From NCBI RefSeq assembly GCF_006345805.1, contig NC_043014.1:45198001-45262000 (forward strand): DNA of 64,000 nt, given 5' to 3'. The stretch's first letter is position 1. Every line of letters starts with the position of its first letter. The DNA is from Octopus sinensis. Lineage: Eukaryota. The notes under the pieces were generated by a model that saw nothing but the letters and a program-made list of their open reading frames with translations, searched no databases and was not told the origin of the DNA. Position numbers and translations under genes: made by a program. Positions 61,585 to 64,000 of this stretch are shown here, piece after piece.

Positions 61585-63463
61585 AAACCATAGCTATTCC
61601 AGAATCAAGTTACAAAAAAAACAACCTTCACCTTGAAAACAGTAAGAAAAGCACAATGTGTGTGTGTGTATGAGAGAGAGAGGGTGTGAATGTATCTGTG
61701 TGAAGTGTCAATGTATGTACATATACATTGACACACTTCATCGCACACACAGACACACTCAAACTTGCATGCAATATACAAGCATGCATCCACCTAAAGG
61801 AAAAAAATTTGAGAGACTGTGTGTATGTAAATGTGTGTGTACTCCTATGTTTTCACAAGAACAGGCTTTTTCTATTAAAAAATATCTGATAAATTGCTAG
61901 CAGCCAGTACCAATACATCATACATCTATAAATATTATATTCTATTTAAAATAGATGCATGTATTATTTTCCTTTCTTAATCACTTCAAAAATATTTGAA
62001 ATATGACTTATAATGACAACCACATTTATAGCAATATAGCATTACCAATGCTGGAGCTCGGAATTAGTACATTTATTGTTGGATTGAAGTGTTCAGAATA
62101 CTTCTTTTACATATTCTAAACTGAAGTCTTAAAATCCTAAAACGAATTTATTTCTCTGTTGTAATTCCATAACTGCTAACATTATTTTGTCTTCTCAAAT
62201 ACATGTATTAATTTAACTCTGGATACAGTGAAGAGAGAACTAAACTAGTTTTCTCTACGTATGATACTGCTTAGCTGTAGACATCTTTCATCTACAGATA
62301 AAAAATTCCAAAGGCCTGAGATCTAGAATATCAATTCTGAGGGTATTGATTGGGAGATTCTTAATCACTGAGTCAATTGTCAATATTGAATATCAAGCCT
62401 TGCATTTGTAATAATACATTTTTTATATATATATTTTTTTTTCTGGGGAGTTACAAAGAACAACAACCTTAAAAATATTCAATTCAGAATGCAGATTTGG
62501 GTCAGTGGTTTGAAAATGTTAAAATAAAAGTCAGTTACCAAAGTAAAAAAAAAATATTGGCTATGTTATATATTCTAATGGTTGAATGCAATTAAATACA
62601 GGTACACATTAAATACAGGTACACACTAATTTTCCAGCACATCTTCTAATCTAGACATAACAATGAGTAGACCTATGAATTTCTCATAACCTACTAGACT
62701 AGTTAACTGGGTGGCCACAGAGGGAACTGTGTATCATCTATGTTTCTAAAGAATAAGCAAAGGTTTGTCGTGAAGCTTTGCAAGAGAGATAGTTATGAAT
62801 CACATGGTGATAGTCTCTTGGAAATACACTCTGAATTATTATTATTATGTGACTCCTGTTACTTCAGAAAAATGAATAATATGGTATGTGTCTCAAATAA
62901 AAGGTGCAAGGAAATTAGTGGTACACAGTTAAGAATATACCATTAAGGTCTGAAAACTTACTAGAATTACTATAAAGCCAATGTGGCACATATCTAAGAT
63001 TTTGATCTTACAAATCAAAATACTGACTGTTTGAAATTCTACATTACTTGCAGCAATGGTAAAATTAGCAAATGAAATATTATGTGTGATCAGATAACAG
63101 AACATATTACAGTTGAACACATATTTGTACAAGTTTGGTAGAGAAGAAAAATTTATTTGGTTCAATATTTATAGAAAAAATGGATTGATAAGCTATTTTT
63201 GCATTGGTTAACACAAAAAAATTCCCTAAAGTCCACTGATTTGGCTAATCAGAACCAGTGGTAGTCAAAACTCTAATCAGGTCCCAAATCTAAACACATG
63301 CTAGTGATACATATTTTGCAGAACATTTTAAACTTTCAAATTAAAAACTAATAATAAATTTTCTTTTTATAAATTGAGCTCACAGGCCATATGTTTAGCA
63401 TCCTTGTTCTATACTACTGCATCCCTACAAAACCCTCATTCTATTCACATTTTCTTTATGAAC

Positions 63464-63503
<40 letters not shown>

Positions 63504-63791
63504 CAAAATAAGATACTAATCCTGCTAGCCTTACCCAGTTTCATTCTTATGATTTAGTCTAAACAGACCTGAACAAGCTAACAAACAGAAAATATCTTGT
63601 TTCACTTCAATTGTTGCAAATCATCATACAATGCTGTTATACTATATTTCACTCATTTCACGTACATCCCCACAAAGAGGGGGCTTCTTTTAAACTGAAG
63701 TCAAACTCTGAAGCTGCAATTGCAGAATATAAATGTATTGAATTAAATATAGCATGCACACACACATACACATACAATCACACGCATGCAT

Positions 63792-63832
<41 letters not shown>

Positions 63833-64000
63833 AAAGAATAACAGAGAGAAGTAGGACACAGAAGAATAATACAAAAATAACAATAACAATACTCACAGAT
63901 GAGTAAATATGAAAAGAAGCAATTTATCAAGCAATATCAGTTTATAATTCACTAATAACCTGGTCAAATATGTTGAACCATCAACAGCTGTCAACCAACT

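Noticed and set aside
1-64000. CRISPR arrays, rRNA, operons
   Set aside because: Eukaryotic repeat landscape with no repeat-spacer arrays or rRNA motifs.

Overview
AT-rich, microsatellite-dense eukaryotic DNA with depleted CpG. The tRNA-derived SINE families and RTE LINEs look like those of octopus or another coleoid cephalopod; this is inferred from recalled repeat sequences, not a database search. Only one host CDS is supportable: an intronless 838-aa ORF (20567->18051, minus). It encodes an acidic, probably disordered protein with an MGC lipidation N-terminus, an ULK1-like LIR core (EEDFVMV), six 11-residue amphipathic-type repeats, ETSVD repeats, a polyproline tract and two AKAP-like helices. 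Downstream of it is a 1.79-kb tandem duplication bounded by (TA)n. The rest is a transposon landscape: at least four SINE or SINE-like families, decayed RTE and CR1 LINEs, an internally deleted hAT element with intact ends, hAT, piggyBac-like and Merlin-like MITEs, a DINE-1/Helentron-like element, and two Penelope-like terminal fragments carrying minimal hammerhead-ribozyme-like folds. No tRNA, rRNA or CRISPR locus is supportable. All coordinates were read by eye; the boundaries of decayed repeats are approximate.
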